A stretch of DNA of 64,000 nucleotides from Lysobacteraceae bacterium (GTDB taxonomy: Bacteria; Pseudomonadota; Gammaproteobacteria; Xanthomonadales; Rhodanobacteraceae), in contig JAGWVM010000001.1 of NCBI GenBank assembly GCA_018970895.1, positions 2,289 to 66,288 on the forward strand. The letters run 5' to 3'. Shown piece by piece: positions 47,601-55,781 of the stretch. The notes beneath the pieces are model-generated. The model had not been told where the DNA came from and did no database searches. It saw only the letters and a program-made list of their open reading frames with translations. The stretch's first letter is position 1, and the number at the start of each line of letters is the position of its first letter. The translations under genes were made by a program, and so were the position numbers.

Positions 47601-50600
47601 CAACAACGGCACGGTCAGCTGGACGTCGTTCGAGAACATCGACGACGCCACCGGCACCATCGGCTTTTCCGCCGCCGGCAGCCTGAGCGGCAATGCAACG
47701 GTCCAGGCGCTGGACTACGGCAGCTACGGCAGTGCGGTGAACTTCGACCTGGCCGGCGGCAGCGGCACGACGACGGGCATCGGCGGCAGCTGGAGCGGAG
47801 TGACCTCGGTCGCGGGCAGTGCTGCGAGCGACACCGTCACCGGCAGCAACCAGACCTACACGCTGACCGGCGCGAACGCGGGCAACAACGGGACGGTGAG
47901 CTGGACGTCGTTCGAGAACATCGCCGACAGCGGCACCGGCACGCTCAAGGCGACCGGGGCGACCTTCAACCTCAGCGGCGGCAACTCGGGCACGGTAACC
48001 ACCCTGCTGCCCGGGGGCTTCAGCGGCATCGGCAATCTCGACGATGCCACCGGCACCGTGGCGTTCGGTGCCGGTGGCAGCCTGAGCGGCAACGTCACGG
48101 CCCAGGCGCTGGACTACGGCAGCTACGGCAGCGCGGTGAACTTCGACCTGGCCGGCGGCAGCGGCACGACGACGGGCATCGGCGGCAGCTGGAGCGGGGT
48201 GACCTCGGTCGCGGGCAGTGCTGCGAGCGACACCGTCACCGGCAGCAACCAGACCTACACGCTGACCGGCGCGAATGCGGGCAACAACGGCACGGTCAGC
48301 TGGACGTCGTTCGAGAACATCGACGACGCCACCGCCGGCACGGTGGCTTTTCACACGGGCAGCAGCCTGGGCGGCAACGTCACGGCCAAGACGCTGGACT
48401 ACGGCAGCTACGGCAGTGCGGTGAATTTCGACCTGTCCGCCGGCAGCGGCACGACGACGGGCATCAGCGGCAGCTGGAGCGGAGTGACCTCGGTCGCGGG
48501 CAGTGCTGCGAGCGACATCATCACCGGCAGCAACCAGACCTACACGCTGACCGGCGCGAATGCGGGCAACAACGGGACGGTGAGCTGGACGTCGTTCGAG
48601 AACATCGCCGACAGCGGCACCGGTACGTTGCGGGCTGCCAACCAGACCTGGAGCCTCACCGGGCACAACCAGGGCAGCGTGACCGACCTGTCCGGCACGT
48701 TCAGCGGCATCGGCAACCTCACCGACACGGGCTCCGGCGCCTTCCTGATGCACTCCGGGGCCGACGGCGACATTTCCGGCAACCTCGACGCGGGTACCGG
48801 CGGCAGCATCGACTACACCGGCTACAGCTCGGCGGTGAACGTGAACGTGTCCGGGGCCGGCACCACGGGCGTCGCAGGCACGGTCAGCGGCATCGCCTCG
48901 ATCGCGGCCAGCAGCGATCTCGGGGTCAACGGTGCCACCGCCGGCTCGCTGGATATCACCACCACCGGCGCCGGCACGACCACCACGCTCGGTACGCTCT
49001 CGACCGGCACGAAACTGACCGTCAACGCCAGCGGAACGGTGCTGCAGAGTGGTGCACTGATGGTCAACGGCGCGACCACGGTGAATGCCGGCAGCAATGC
49101 AATCGAGCTGACCAACAGCGGCAACGACTTCCAAGGCACGGTGAACCTCACCGGTGGCACGACGCAGATCACCGACAAGAACGCGCTGACCCTGGGCACG
49201 CTGTCGACGGGAGACCTCACCGCGACCAGCACCGGCACCTTGAACCTTGGCACCGGACCGGTGGGCGGCGCGCTGCTGGCGACCAGCAACGGCGGCACGA
49301 TCACCGAGGGGAGCGGCGGCGTGCAGGTGACGGGCACCAGCAACCTGCAGGCTGGTACCGGAGCGATCACCCTGACCGACGGCAACACCCATTTCGGCCT
49401 CGCGGTGACCGCGGCCGGGCAGGGCGTGTCGCTGGTGGACTCGGGCAATCTGACGATCGCCTCGCTGAGCAGCGGCACCAACGGCACGGTGAACTTGACG
49501 GCGGGCGGCTCACTGACGCTCCCGGCCCTCGGCATCGACACGGGGACCGCAGCCTTGACGCTGGCCGCAAACGGCGGTGCGCTGGTGATGCCGGGTGCGT
49601 TGAGTGGCGCCAGCATCGCCCTGAGCGGTCGCGACGGCATCACCCTGGGCAGCGACCTGAGCAGTGCGGGTACGGTGACGCTGACCAGCAGCAGCGGCGC
49701 GATCAGCCAGACCGGCGGCGTGCTTGCCGCCGGCACCCTCACCGGCAGCTCGGCCGGCGCGACCACGCTGGGTGACGCCAACCTGGTCACCGCGCTGGGT
49801 AGCTTCAGCGCAGCCGGCTTCAGCCTGACCAACGCGCAGGCATTGACCGTCAACGGGGCCGTGAGCGGCGGCAGCAGCACCACGATCGACACCGCCGGCA
49901 ACCTGGACCTGGGCGGCAACGTCAGCGGCACCACCACGACCCTGAGCGCCGGTGGCACGATCGACCAGACCGCGGGCATCGTCACGGCCACCACGCTGAA
50001 TCTCGGCTCGGTCGGCGGCGCCAGCCTCACCGGCAGCAACCTGGTCACCAACCTGGGGGAGGTGACCAATACCGGCAGCGGCGGGTTGTCCTTCACCAAC
50101 GCCAGCGGCCTGAACCTGGAGGGCGCGATCGATGTCGGCATCGCCAGCGGCAACGACCTGGCGCTGGCGGTCACCGGCAACCTGACCCAGTCCGGCGGCA
50201 GCGTGATCACCGCCAACCAGCTCAGTGGCAGCAGCACTGGCAATACCACGCTCGGCGGCAGCAACCGGCTGACCACGCTGGGCAGCTTCGCCGCAGCCAA
50301 CCTGGCGCTGACCAATGCGCAGGTGCTGGCCGTGAATGGTCCGCTGAGCGTGCCGGGCACGCTCAGCCTGACCACGACGGCCGGTGGACTCAGCCTCGCC
50401 AGCGATATTTCGGCGGCGACGGTGAACCTGAATTCAGCGGCGGCGCTGAGTCTGGCCAACCACATCGGTGCGACCACGTTGTCGCTGAGCTCCGGTGGTG
50501 CGATCAGCCAGAGCGCCGGGGCACTGACGGTCACCGGCACGACCACGGTGAACGCGGGCAGCCATGCGATCACGCTGACGGGCAGCGGCAACGACTTCGG

Positions 50601-53511
50601 TGGCACGGTGAACCTCACCGGCAGCACGACGCAGATCACCGACCAGAACGCGCTGACCCTCGGCACTCTGGCCACCGGCGCGCTGACGGCGACCAGCACT
50701 GGCGCGCTGGACCTGGGCATCGGAACGGTGGGCGGCGCGCTGCTTGCGACCAGCAACGGCGGCGCGATCACCGAGGGGAGCGGCGGCGTGCAGGTGACGG
50801 GCAGCAGCAACCTGCAGGCAGGCACGGGCGCGATCACGCTGGCGGACGGCAGCAACCATTTCACCGGAGCGGTGACGGCTGCGGGGCAGGGCGTGACGCT
50901 GGTGGACTCGGGCAACCTGACGGTTGCTTCGCTGAACAGCGGTACGAACGGTACGGTGAACCTCGTGGCAGATGGCGCGCTGGTGATCCAGGGTGCAACT
51001 AGCGGTGCGAACGCGAACCTGAGCGGTCGCGACGGAATCACCCTGGGCAGCAACCTGACCACTGCCGGCACGGTGACACTGACCAGCGGCAACGGTGCGA
51101 TCAGCCAGACCGCGGGCGTGATCACCGCCGGCGCGCTCACCGGCAGCTCGGCCGGAGACACCGTGCTCGGTGGCGCCAACCAGATCGGCACGTTGGGAAG
51201 CTTCAGTGCTGCGGACTTCACGCTTACCAACGCCGAGGCGCTGACCGTCGGCAGCAACCTGGTGGTCGGCGGAGGCACCGGATCGATCGCGCTGACCACC
51301 ACCAGCGGCGGCCTGACCGTCCAGCACGATCTCAATGGCGGGGCCATCACGCTGAACTCGGCGAGCAATCTCTCGCTGGCAGGCAACCTGGCCGGCAGCT
51401 CGCTCGATCTGGTATCCGGTGGCGACATCGCGCAGAGCGCTGGCGTCATCCAGGCCGGCACGCTGACCGGTCAGGCCGGTGGCGGCGTGACGCTGGCCAG
51501 GGCCAACAAGATCGGCACGCTGGGCAATGTCAGCGCGGCCAACGGGTTGAGCATCAGCAATGCCCAGGCACTGACCGTCGGCGGCACGGTGAACGGCGGC
51601 AGTTCGACCGGCCTCACCACCACCACCGGCAGCCTGACCACCAGCGGCAGCATCGGTGGCAGCTCGATCGCGCTGGCCGGGCAGGACGGGCTGGCGATCG
51701 ACGGCGCGGTGAACGCCGGCACCGGCGATATCACGCTCGGCTCGGCCGCCGGCGCGATCAGCGAAGGCAGCGCCGGCGTGCTCACCGCGGGCAGCCTCTC
51801 GGGCACATCCAGCGGTAGTGCCATGCTCGGCGGGGCCAACCAGGTGGTGACCCTGGGCAATTTCACCACGGGCGGCGATTTCAGCTTCCGCGACGCGCGC
51901 ACGCTGACCGTCAACAGTCCGCTCGACGTCCACGGGGGCAGCGGCAACCTCAGCCTGGCGACGAGCGGGGCCAGCTCGGACCTGATCCTCGGCACCGGCC
52001 TGGCCGGCGGTACGGTCACCCTGACCGCGGGGCACAACCTCACTACCTCGTCGGGCATCACCGCCAACACGCTGACCGGTAGTGCGGGAGGGCAGGCACA
52101 GCTGGGCGGAAGCAACCACGTCGGTACGCTGGGCGACTTCAGTGCCGGCAGCCTCACCTTCGGCAATGCCGGCGCGCTGGTGGTCGGGGGCCAGGTGAGC
52201 ACCGGCAGCGGTGCACTGGACCTGTCGACCATGGCGGGCAACCTGCGGCTGGCCGGCGCAGTCACGGGTGGCGCGGTCGGGCTGACCTCCGCCTCGGCGA
52301 TGGCCATCGACGGCACCGTGTCCGCCAGCACGCTTGCCCTGCAGGCGGCGGGCGCCATCACCCAGTCCGGCGGCGCGATCACTGCCAGCAGCCTCAGTGG
52401 TACCTCCGGCGGCAGCACCACGCTGGATGGGGCCAATCACGTCGGGTCCCTGGGCAGCTTCAGCGCTGCAGGCTTCCGCTTCACCAATGCCGGAGCACTC
52501 AGCGTGACCGGCCCGATCGACGGCAGCAGTTCGACGCGGCTGGCCACCACGTCCGGCGACCTGGCGATCAACGGGCAGGTCAGCGGCAACAGCACGACCC
52601 TGGTGTCGGCCGGAGTGATCGACGAAGGCGCCGCGGGCCGGATCGTGGCCAGCACCCTCGCGGGCCAGTCCGGCGGCGCCACCACGCTCGGCGGCAGCAA
52701 CAGCATCGATACGCTGGGCAGCTTCTCCGCCGCCGGCCTGAGCCTGACCAATGGCAAGGCCCTGAGCGTCGGCGGGCCCGTCAACGGCGGCGCCAGCGCC
52801 TCGCTCACCACGACATCCGGCGACCTCGCCGTGGACGGGCAACTGAGTGCCACCGCGGTATGGCTGCAGTCGGCCGGTGCGATCACCGAAGGCAGCGGCG
52901 GCGTGATCACTGCCAGCACGCTCAGTGGCCAGTCCGATGGACTCACCACGCTGGGCACGCAGTCGCAGGCTATCGGCAACCAGATCGACACGCTCGGCAA
53001 TTTCTCCTCGACGGCGGGATTCAGCCTGACCAACGCCGCGACCCTGACCCTGGCCTCGGTGGACAACAGCGCGTTCACCGTCGACGCGGGACACGCGGAG
53101 TTGTACCTGGGCGTGACCCAGGGCGACCTGCTGGCGCAGGGCAAGACGCCGATATACGACGGCACCGGCACGTTTGCCTCGGTCGGACACATGGGCTCGG
53201 CCTCGTCGCCGATCTACGTGATCGGCGACGGCCCGCAGCTGATCGCGCGGGTCGGCAACCCGCCGGCGTACTTCTATGCGGTGGACCGTCAGGGCAACAT
53301 CCTGCCGCTGACCGGCGAGCTGAGCTTCAACGTGCCGACCTCGCTGTTCTTCGGCAAGGCGCAGAACGGCAACGGCCGAGGCGATGCCTACATCGATCCG
53401 AGCGTGATCTCGGCCAACTACCGCTCGTTCGGCATCGTGCCCTCGGGCATCCTGCTGCCGGCCGACCAGCAGGCCTGCGATCCGCAGACGGAGGACTGCG
53501 GTGACCAGTAG
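44674..53511 (+). CDS. TpsA filamentous haemagglutinin-like beta-helix exoprotein, 2945 aa
   Basis: Long signal peptide; TPS domain (WTTFNVG, NRILDQNPSQIFG..NSNGQVFLIN.HG); Gly/Ser/Thr/Asn-rich repeats; no recognisable toxin C-terminus. Confidence 0.93.
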   Translation: MHIPTQTSHRPSRRSHFEGARPPRRKALPLCLSMALAAGAMMSTGARAGSMVPGANAGTVSVSALTSPTGGTVVGGVGSISQSGGTTVINQLSNRLALDWTTFNVGKDATVLFKQPSFTAVALNRILDQNPSQIFGRINSNGQVFLINTHGIIFGTSAQVNVGGLVASTLDLTPSDFLANHFNLDAHGGSAGVVNHGTIAAASGGSVSLLGGSVANDGLILANYGNINLDGADRAVLDFDGNGLITVEVTGALKRRLDDRAAVSNSGTLEADGGTVVLQASAAKDLFTDAVNNSGVITAAGIRNDGGTVRLVASGGNAISSGSINVSGVHGGTAQVLSDANVGVTGSIDASGTQGGGTIRVGGGYQGGEGLTRANVTYLGPDAVLDADATQRGNGGSVVLWGDNGNNFYGSISARGGVLGGSGGRVETSSHYGLNAQGNVDASAANGAAGLWLIDPYNVTIQTGGGSLASPFTATADSTIKASDLDAALNGTNVTVFTGSAGSSNGDITVNAAVTPSAGNNSLYLEAAGGIFLNANITANTSHTLNLYLWSNYGGAAAGTTYTSNASCAAGVSCVVTVGGTSNAAISTGGGTLDIRTGTGGGTLTLGTGSKTGNINTAGGALTVHTTGITEVAGSNTIVAGTSTLDAGSGNITLGNANDFTVTVGLTAGNAQIEDANSLVLGNSTLSGSLTATAVTAITVNGAITGVGDAAFSTAALSGTGSIAGTGAITGLGSSNFALTGANAGTYGGIAFSGFASADATHVSGAAGFDDTALTSEGMTFASATHVAGTGTIANVSGSFADDTGTSSTSGIAYTGFGAVTGTGGDVTGVTGNFNLGTQVSSASGLDYSGFAVATVAGSGSGATLVGSGQTYMLDNATADKGSNGGIAWTGFGNIQDSTGTVVFGTGGNLSGSVTAKTLDYSSYGSAVNFDLSAGTGTTTGISGSWSGVTAVTGSAQGDTLAGTGQTYTLTGANAGNNGTVSWTSFENIDDATGTIGFSAAGSLSGNATVQALDYGSYGSAVNFDLAGGSGTTTGIGGSWSGVTSVAGSAASDTVTGSNQTYTLTGANAGNNGTVSWTSFENIADSGTGTLKATGATFNLSGGNSGTVTTLLPGGFSGIGNLDDATGTVAFGAGGSLSGNVTAQALDYGSYGSAVNFDLAGGSGTTTGIGGSWSGVTSVAGSAASDTVTGSNQTYTLTGANAGNNGTVSWTSFENIDDATAGTVAFHTGSSLGGNVTAKTLDYGSYGSAVNFDLSAGSGTTTGISGSWSGVTSVAGSAASDIITGSNQTYTLTGANAGNNGTVSWTSFENIADSGTGTLRAANQTWSLTGHNQGSVTDLSGTFSGIGNLTDTGSGAFLMHSGADGDISGNLDAGTGGSIDYTGYSSAVNVNVSGAGTTGVAGTVSGIASIAASSDLGVNGATAGSLDITTTGAGTTTTLGTLSTGTKLTVNASGTVLQSGALMVNGATTVNAGSNAIELTNSGNDFQGTVNLTGGTTQITDKNALTLGTLSTGDLTATSTGTLNLGTGPVGGALLATSNGGTITEGSGGVQVTGTSNLQAGTGAITLTDGNTHFGLAVTAAGQGVSLVDSGNLTIASLSSGTNGTVNLTAGGSLTLPALGIDTGTAALTLAANGGALVMPGALSGASIALSGRDGITLGSDLSSAGTVTLTSSSGAISQTGGVLAAGTLTGSSAGATTLGDANLVTALGSFSAAGFSLTNAQALTVNGAVSGGSSTTIDTAGNLDLGGNVSGTTTTLSAGGTIDQTAGIVTATTLNLGSVGGASLTGSNLVTNLGEVTNTGSGGLSFTNASGLNLEGAIDVGIASGNDLALAVTGNLTQSGGSVITANQLSGSSTGNTTLGGSNRLTTLGSFAAANLALTNAQVLAVNGPLSVPGTLSLTTTAGGLSLASDISAATVNLNSAAALSLANHIGATTLSLSSGGAISQSAGALTVTGTTTVNAGSHAITLTGSGNDFGGTVNLTGSTTQITDQNALTLGTLATGALTATSTGALDLGIGTVGGALLATSNGGAITEGSGGVQVTGSSNLQAGTGAITLADGSNHFTGAVTAAGQGVTLVDSGNLTVASLNSGTNGTVNLVADGALVIQGATSGANANLSGRDGITLGSNLTTAGTVTLTSGNGAISQTAGVITAGALTGSSAGDTVLGGANQIGTLGSFSAADFTLTNAEALTVGSNLVVGGGTGSIALTTTSGGLTVQHDLNGGAITLNSASNLSLAGNLAGSSLDLVSGGDIAQSAGVIQAGTLTGQAGGGVTLARANKIGTLGNVSAANGLSISNAQALTVGGTVNGGSSTGLTTTTGSLTTSGSIGGSSIALAGQDGLAIDGAVNAGTGDITLGSAAGAISEGSAGVLTAGSLSGTSSGSAMLGGANQVVTLGNFTTGGDFSFRDARTLTVNSPLDVHGGSGNLSLATSGASSDLILGTGLAGGTVTLTAGHNLTTSSGITANTLTGSAGGQAQLGGSNHVGTLGDFSAGSLTFGNAGALVVGGQVSTGSGALDLSTMAGNLRLAGAVTGGAVGLTSASAMAIDGTVSASTLALQAAGAITQSGGAITASSLSGTSGGSTTLDGANHVGSLGSFSAAGFRFTNAGALSVTGPIDGSSSTRLATTSGDLAINGQVSGNSTTLVSAGVIDEGAAGRIVASTLAGQSGGATTLGGSNSIDTLGSFSAAGLSLTNGKALSVGGPVNGGASASLTTTSGDLAVDGQLSATAVWLQSAGAITEGSGGVITASTLSGQSDGLTTLGTQSQAIGNQIDTLGNFSSTAGFSLTNAATLTLASVDNSAFTVDAGHAELYLGVTQGDLLAQGKTPIYDGTGTFASVGHMGSASSPIYVIGDGPQLIARVGNPPAYFYAVDRQGNILPLTGELSFNVPTSLFFGKAQNGNGRGDAYIDPSVISANYRSFGIVPSGILLPADQQACDPQTEDCGDQ
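47428..48625 (+). repeat. Four tandem ~70-aa repeats (LDYGSYGSAVNFDL...SWTSFENI) in TpsA
   Basis: Copies start at 47428, 47710, 48109, 48394; copies 2 and 3 nearly identical at DNA level over ~210 nt. Confidence 0.92.
49075..50964 (+). repeat. Dispersed 141-aa internal duplication in TpsA (49075-49497 and 50542-50964)
   Basis: TTVNAGS.AI.LT.SGNDF.GTVNLTG.TTQITD.NALTLGTL...SGTNGTVNL occurs twice, 1467 nt apart. Confidence 0.88.
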
Positions 53512-54610
53512 GCACGGCCTTTCCGCCCGGTCCCGGTCGCTTGTCGTCGCGGGCCTGCTTGCCACCTCGACCGCGTCGCTGCACGCCCAGCTGGCGCCCC
53601 GGCTGAGTGCGCGGGTATCGCTGGACGAACTGGCAACGGCCACCGCGGCGCTGCCCGTCGACCCGGCGCTGGCGACGTTGCGTGCGCAGTTGCAGTCGAT
53701 GGCCGATGGCCTGCGCCAGGCCGCGGGCAGCGATGCGGACACACCGGTCGACCTGGTCGGTGACGCCTTGCGCGGCCGCATCGTGCGTGCGCATGCGGCC
53801 GCGGCGCGGGTGCAGGCCTACGAGACGGCTGCCGCCGGGTGCCAGGCGGGCGACCGCACGGCAATGCAGACGGCGCTGGCCCAGAGCGTGAAGCTGCTGG
53901 CCGCGGCCGTCGACAGTGCCAAGGTGGTGCCGGCCATCGATGACGTGCAGTCGATGCCGACGCCGGAATCGCTGTTTGCGATCCGTGCCGGCGGTGGTCC
54001 GTTGGCGTTCGCCCTGACCGGCAGCGATCTGTTCGACAGCCAGTGCCCGTCCCCGCAGGTCCGAGCCACCGCTGCCGACGGGGTGGCACTGGCCCACCAG
54101 CCCATGCTCACCGGTGCCTTGCCGGCGCGACTGGAGCTGAAGTGGCCGGATGTCGGCCAGGTGCCTGCTGGCCCGGTGGTGCTGCACGTGGTCGCGCAGC
54201 GCAAGGTGTTCCTGCTCGGATGCCAGGCACTGCCCGAGGCCACGGCCGTGGTCGAGGTGGTCCCGGCCGCGCACTACCGCGTCGATTACGTGCTGGAGGC
54301 GGTCTGTCCTGCGCCGGGTGAGCCAGCGCGCACCGTGGCGCTTGGCAGGGGCACGCTGGACCTGGCCGGAGCCGGCGCGAGCGTTTCGCGCAATGTGCCG
54401 ACCTCGGCGTGTGCGGAGCCCTCGGCCTATCGACTCAGCGCGTCGGTCAGCTCGGCGGGTGGTGCACCATCGGCGGCTGGCCCGTTCATCCAGCCGGCGC
54501 AGGCCTCGATCACCGCCGGCTTGCCCGGCGGGCTCACGTTGAGCTGGGATCCTTCCGTGCAGGCGGTGTTCGTGCGTGCCGGCGCGGGCACCTGCAAGGG
54601 GGTGCGTTAG
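53501..54610 (+). CDS. Secreted hypothetical protein coupled to TpsA
   Basis: GTG start overlaps the last 11 nt of tpsA; signal peptide ending SLHA; six Cys; helical N-half and beta-rich C-half. Confidence 0.72.
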   Translation: MTSRHGLSARSRSLVVAGLLATSTASLHAQLAPRLSARVSLDELATATAALPVDPALATLRAQLQSMADGLRQAAGSDADTPVDLVGDALRGRIVRAHAAAARVQAYETAAAGCQAGDRTAMQTALAQSVKLLAAAVDSAKVVPAIDDVQSMPTPESLFAIRAGGGPLAFALTGSDLFDSQCPSPQVRATAADGVALAHQPMLTGALPARLELKWPDVGQVPAGPVVLHVVAQRKVFLLGCQALPEATAVVEVVPAAHYRVDYVLEAVCPAPGEPARTVALGRGTLDLAGAGASVSRNVPTSACAEPSAYRLSASVSSAGGAPSAAGPFIQPAQASITAGLPGGLTLSWDPSVQAVFVRAGAGTCKGVR

Positions 54611-54641
54611 CCAGCGCTCCGTCGCCGGCGCGGAACGACGG

Positions 54642-55688
54642 TCAGAACTCGTCGGTACCGGAGATCGTGCGCAGCTCGCTGAGACCGCCCGGCGCCAGGT
54701 CCTGCATCAGCTCCGGAAAGCTCAGTCCGACCAGTCGCTGGGCGCGACGCAGCAGGATCGGCAGCGGGCTGGCCGGTTCGTACCTTGCGTAGTACTCGCA
54801 CAGTTCGTCCAGCCGGCGGCGCACGTCCTCCGGGCTCTGGATGCGTCCGGCCGCCACCGCAGCTCCCGCCGCGGCCGGTTCGGTGCCGGCTTCGTCCCCG
54901 GCCATCGTCTCCTCTCCGGAGGCGGTGGCTTCGGGGCTCCGCAGCGCGACCTGCGCCTCGAGGAATTTCTTCAGCTCGTAGGCATCGGAAAGCAGCGGCT
55001 TGAGGTCCGGGCCCAGCGTGCCGATGCGGTCGGTGAACAGCGCGTCGATGGCCTTGCCCAGGTCGAGTATCCGCGCTGCCGCCTCCAGCGAACCGGTGAG
55101 CTGGCTCTCGTCGCAGTCAAGGCAGCAGGCCTCGATGTCGGTCATCGACGGCAGGCCCTCGCCGCTCTCGCTGCCGGACACCTTCAGCGTGCCCTGGGCC
55201 ACGCGCAGGTCGCGCAACGAAAAGCGCCCGATCCGCGGCGAGGCGACGAACGGAGTGTTGCGCAGGTAGGCGAGCACGGCCAGCGGATCGCCCAGTGGCA
55301 CCACGGCATTGACGCGGGCGGTGGGATCGTTGTCGTCTTCGGCGTCGAGCTGCGGGTGCACCGCATCCCAGAAATTCTCGAGCAGGCCGTGCACCAGGCC
55401 CAGGCCGCGGGCCAGGCCGGCCAGGCCCTCGGTGCGCAGCCAGGCGGTGGACAGGCAGGTCGCCACGCGCAGGTCGCGGGTGCGTTCGAACAGGCCGTTG
55501 GACAGGACGATCACCTTGTCCCATTCCGGCTCTTCGGCGGCCTTTACCGCATCGCCCATCGCACGTTCGGCGCGGGGCGCGGCGGCGCGCTCCAGTGCCA
55601 TGAAATCGGCGTCGTATTCCAGGTCCGGGCCGCAGGGGGCGTCCTCGCCCAGCGGTGAGAGAAAGGTCGTCAGCAGGTCGTCGGACAT
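54642..55688 (-). CDS. tssA: T6SS TssA (ImpA N-terminal domain)
   Basis: GPDLEYDADF, TRDLRVA, LLENFWDAVHPQLD, YEPASPLPILLRRAQRL. Confidence 0.95.
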   Translation of the reverse strand: MSDDLLTTFLSPLGEDAPCGPDLEYDADFMALERAAAPRAERAMGDAVKAAEEPEWDKVIVLSNGLFERTRDLRVATCLSTAWLRTEGLAGLARGLGLVHGLLENFWDAVHPQLDAEDDNDPTARVNAVVPLGDPLAVLAYLRNTPFVASPRIGRFSLRDLRVAQGTLKVSGSESGEGLPSMTDIEACCLDCDESQLTGSLEAAARILDLGKAIDALFTDRIGTLGPDLKPLLSDAYELKKFLEAQVALRSPEATASGEETMAGDEAGTEPAAAGAAVAAGRIQSPEDVRRRLDELCEYYARYEPASPLPILLRRAQRLVGLSFPELMQDLAPGGLSELRTISGTDEF

Positions 55689-55754
55689 GGGCGGACTCGT
55701 CGGGAATGGACCACGGCATTGCCCGGTCGAGGGGCCGGGCGTCTCCCTCTGTAG

Positions 55755-55781
55755 TGCGCAAAAGCCGGCGGGATCCGGTCA
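55755..55781 (-). promoter_or_regulatory. Candidate ECF promoter upstream of tssA
   Basis: Minus strand TGACCGGATC-N12-GCGCA; its TGA doubles as the FUSC stop codon. Confidence 0.6.

Noticed and set aside
47428-48625. Possible CRISPR-like array
   Set aside because: Repeats are long, in-frame coding units inside tpsA with no unique short spacers or cas genes
31000-49400. Very long antisense ORFs (e.g. 32150-36175, 37914-41759, 46270-49392)
   Set aside because: Typical stop-poor shadows of high-GC coding strands with no domain motifs
44674-53511. TpsA as a CDI toxin or haemolysin
   Set aside because: No VENN/pre-toxin motif or toxin-like C-terminus, and the downstream gene is secreted rather than a small cytoplasmic immunity protein
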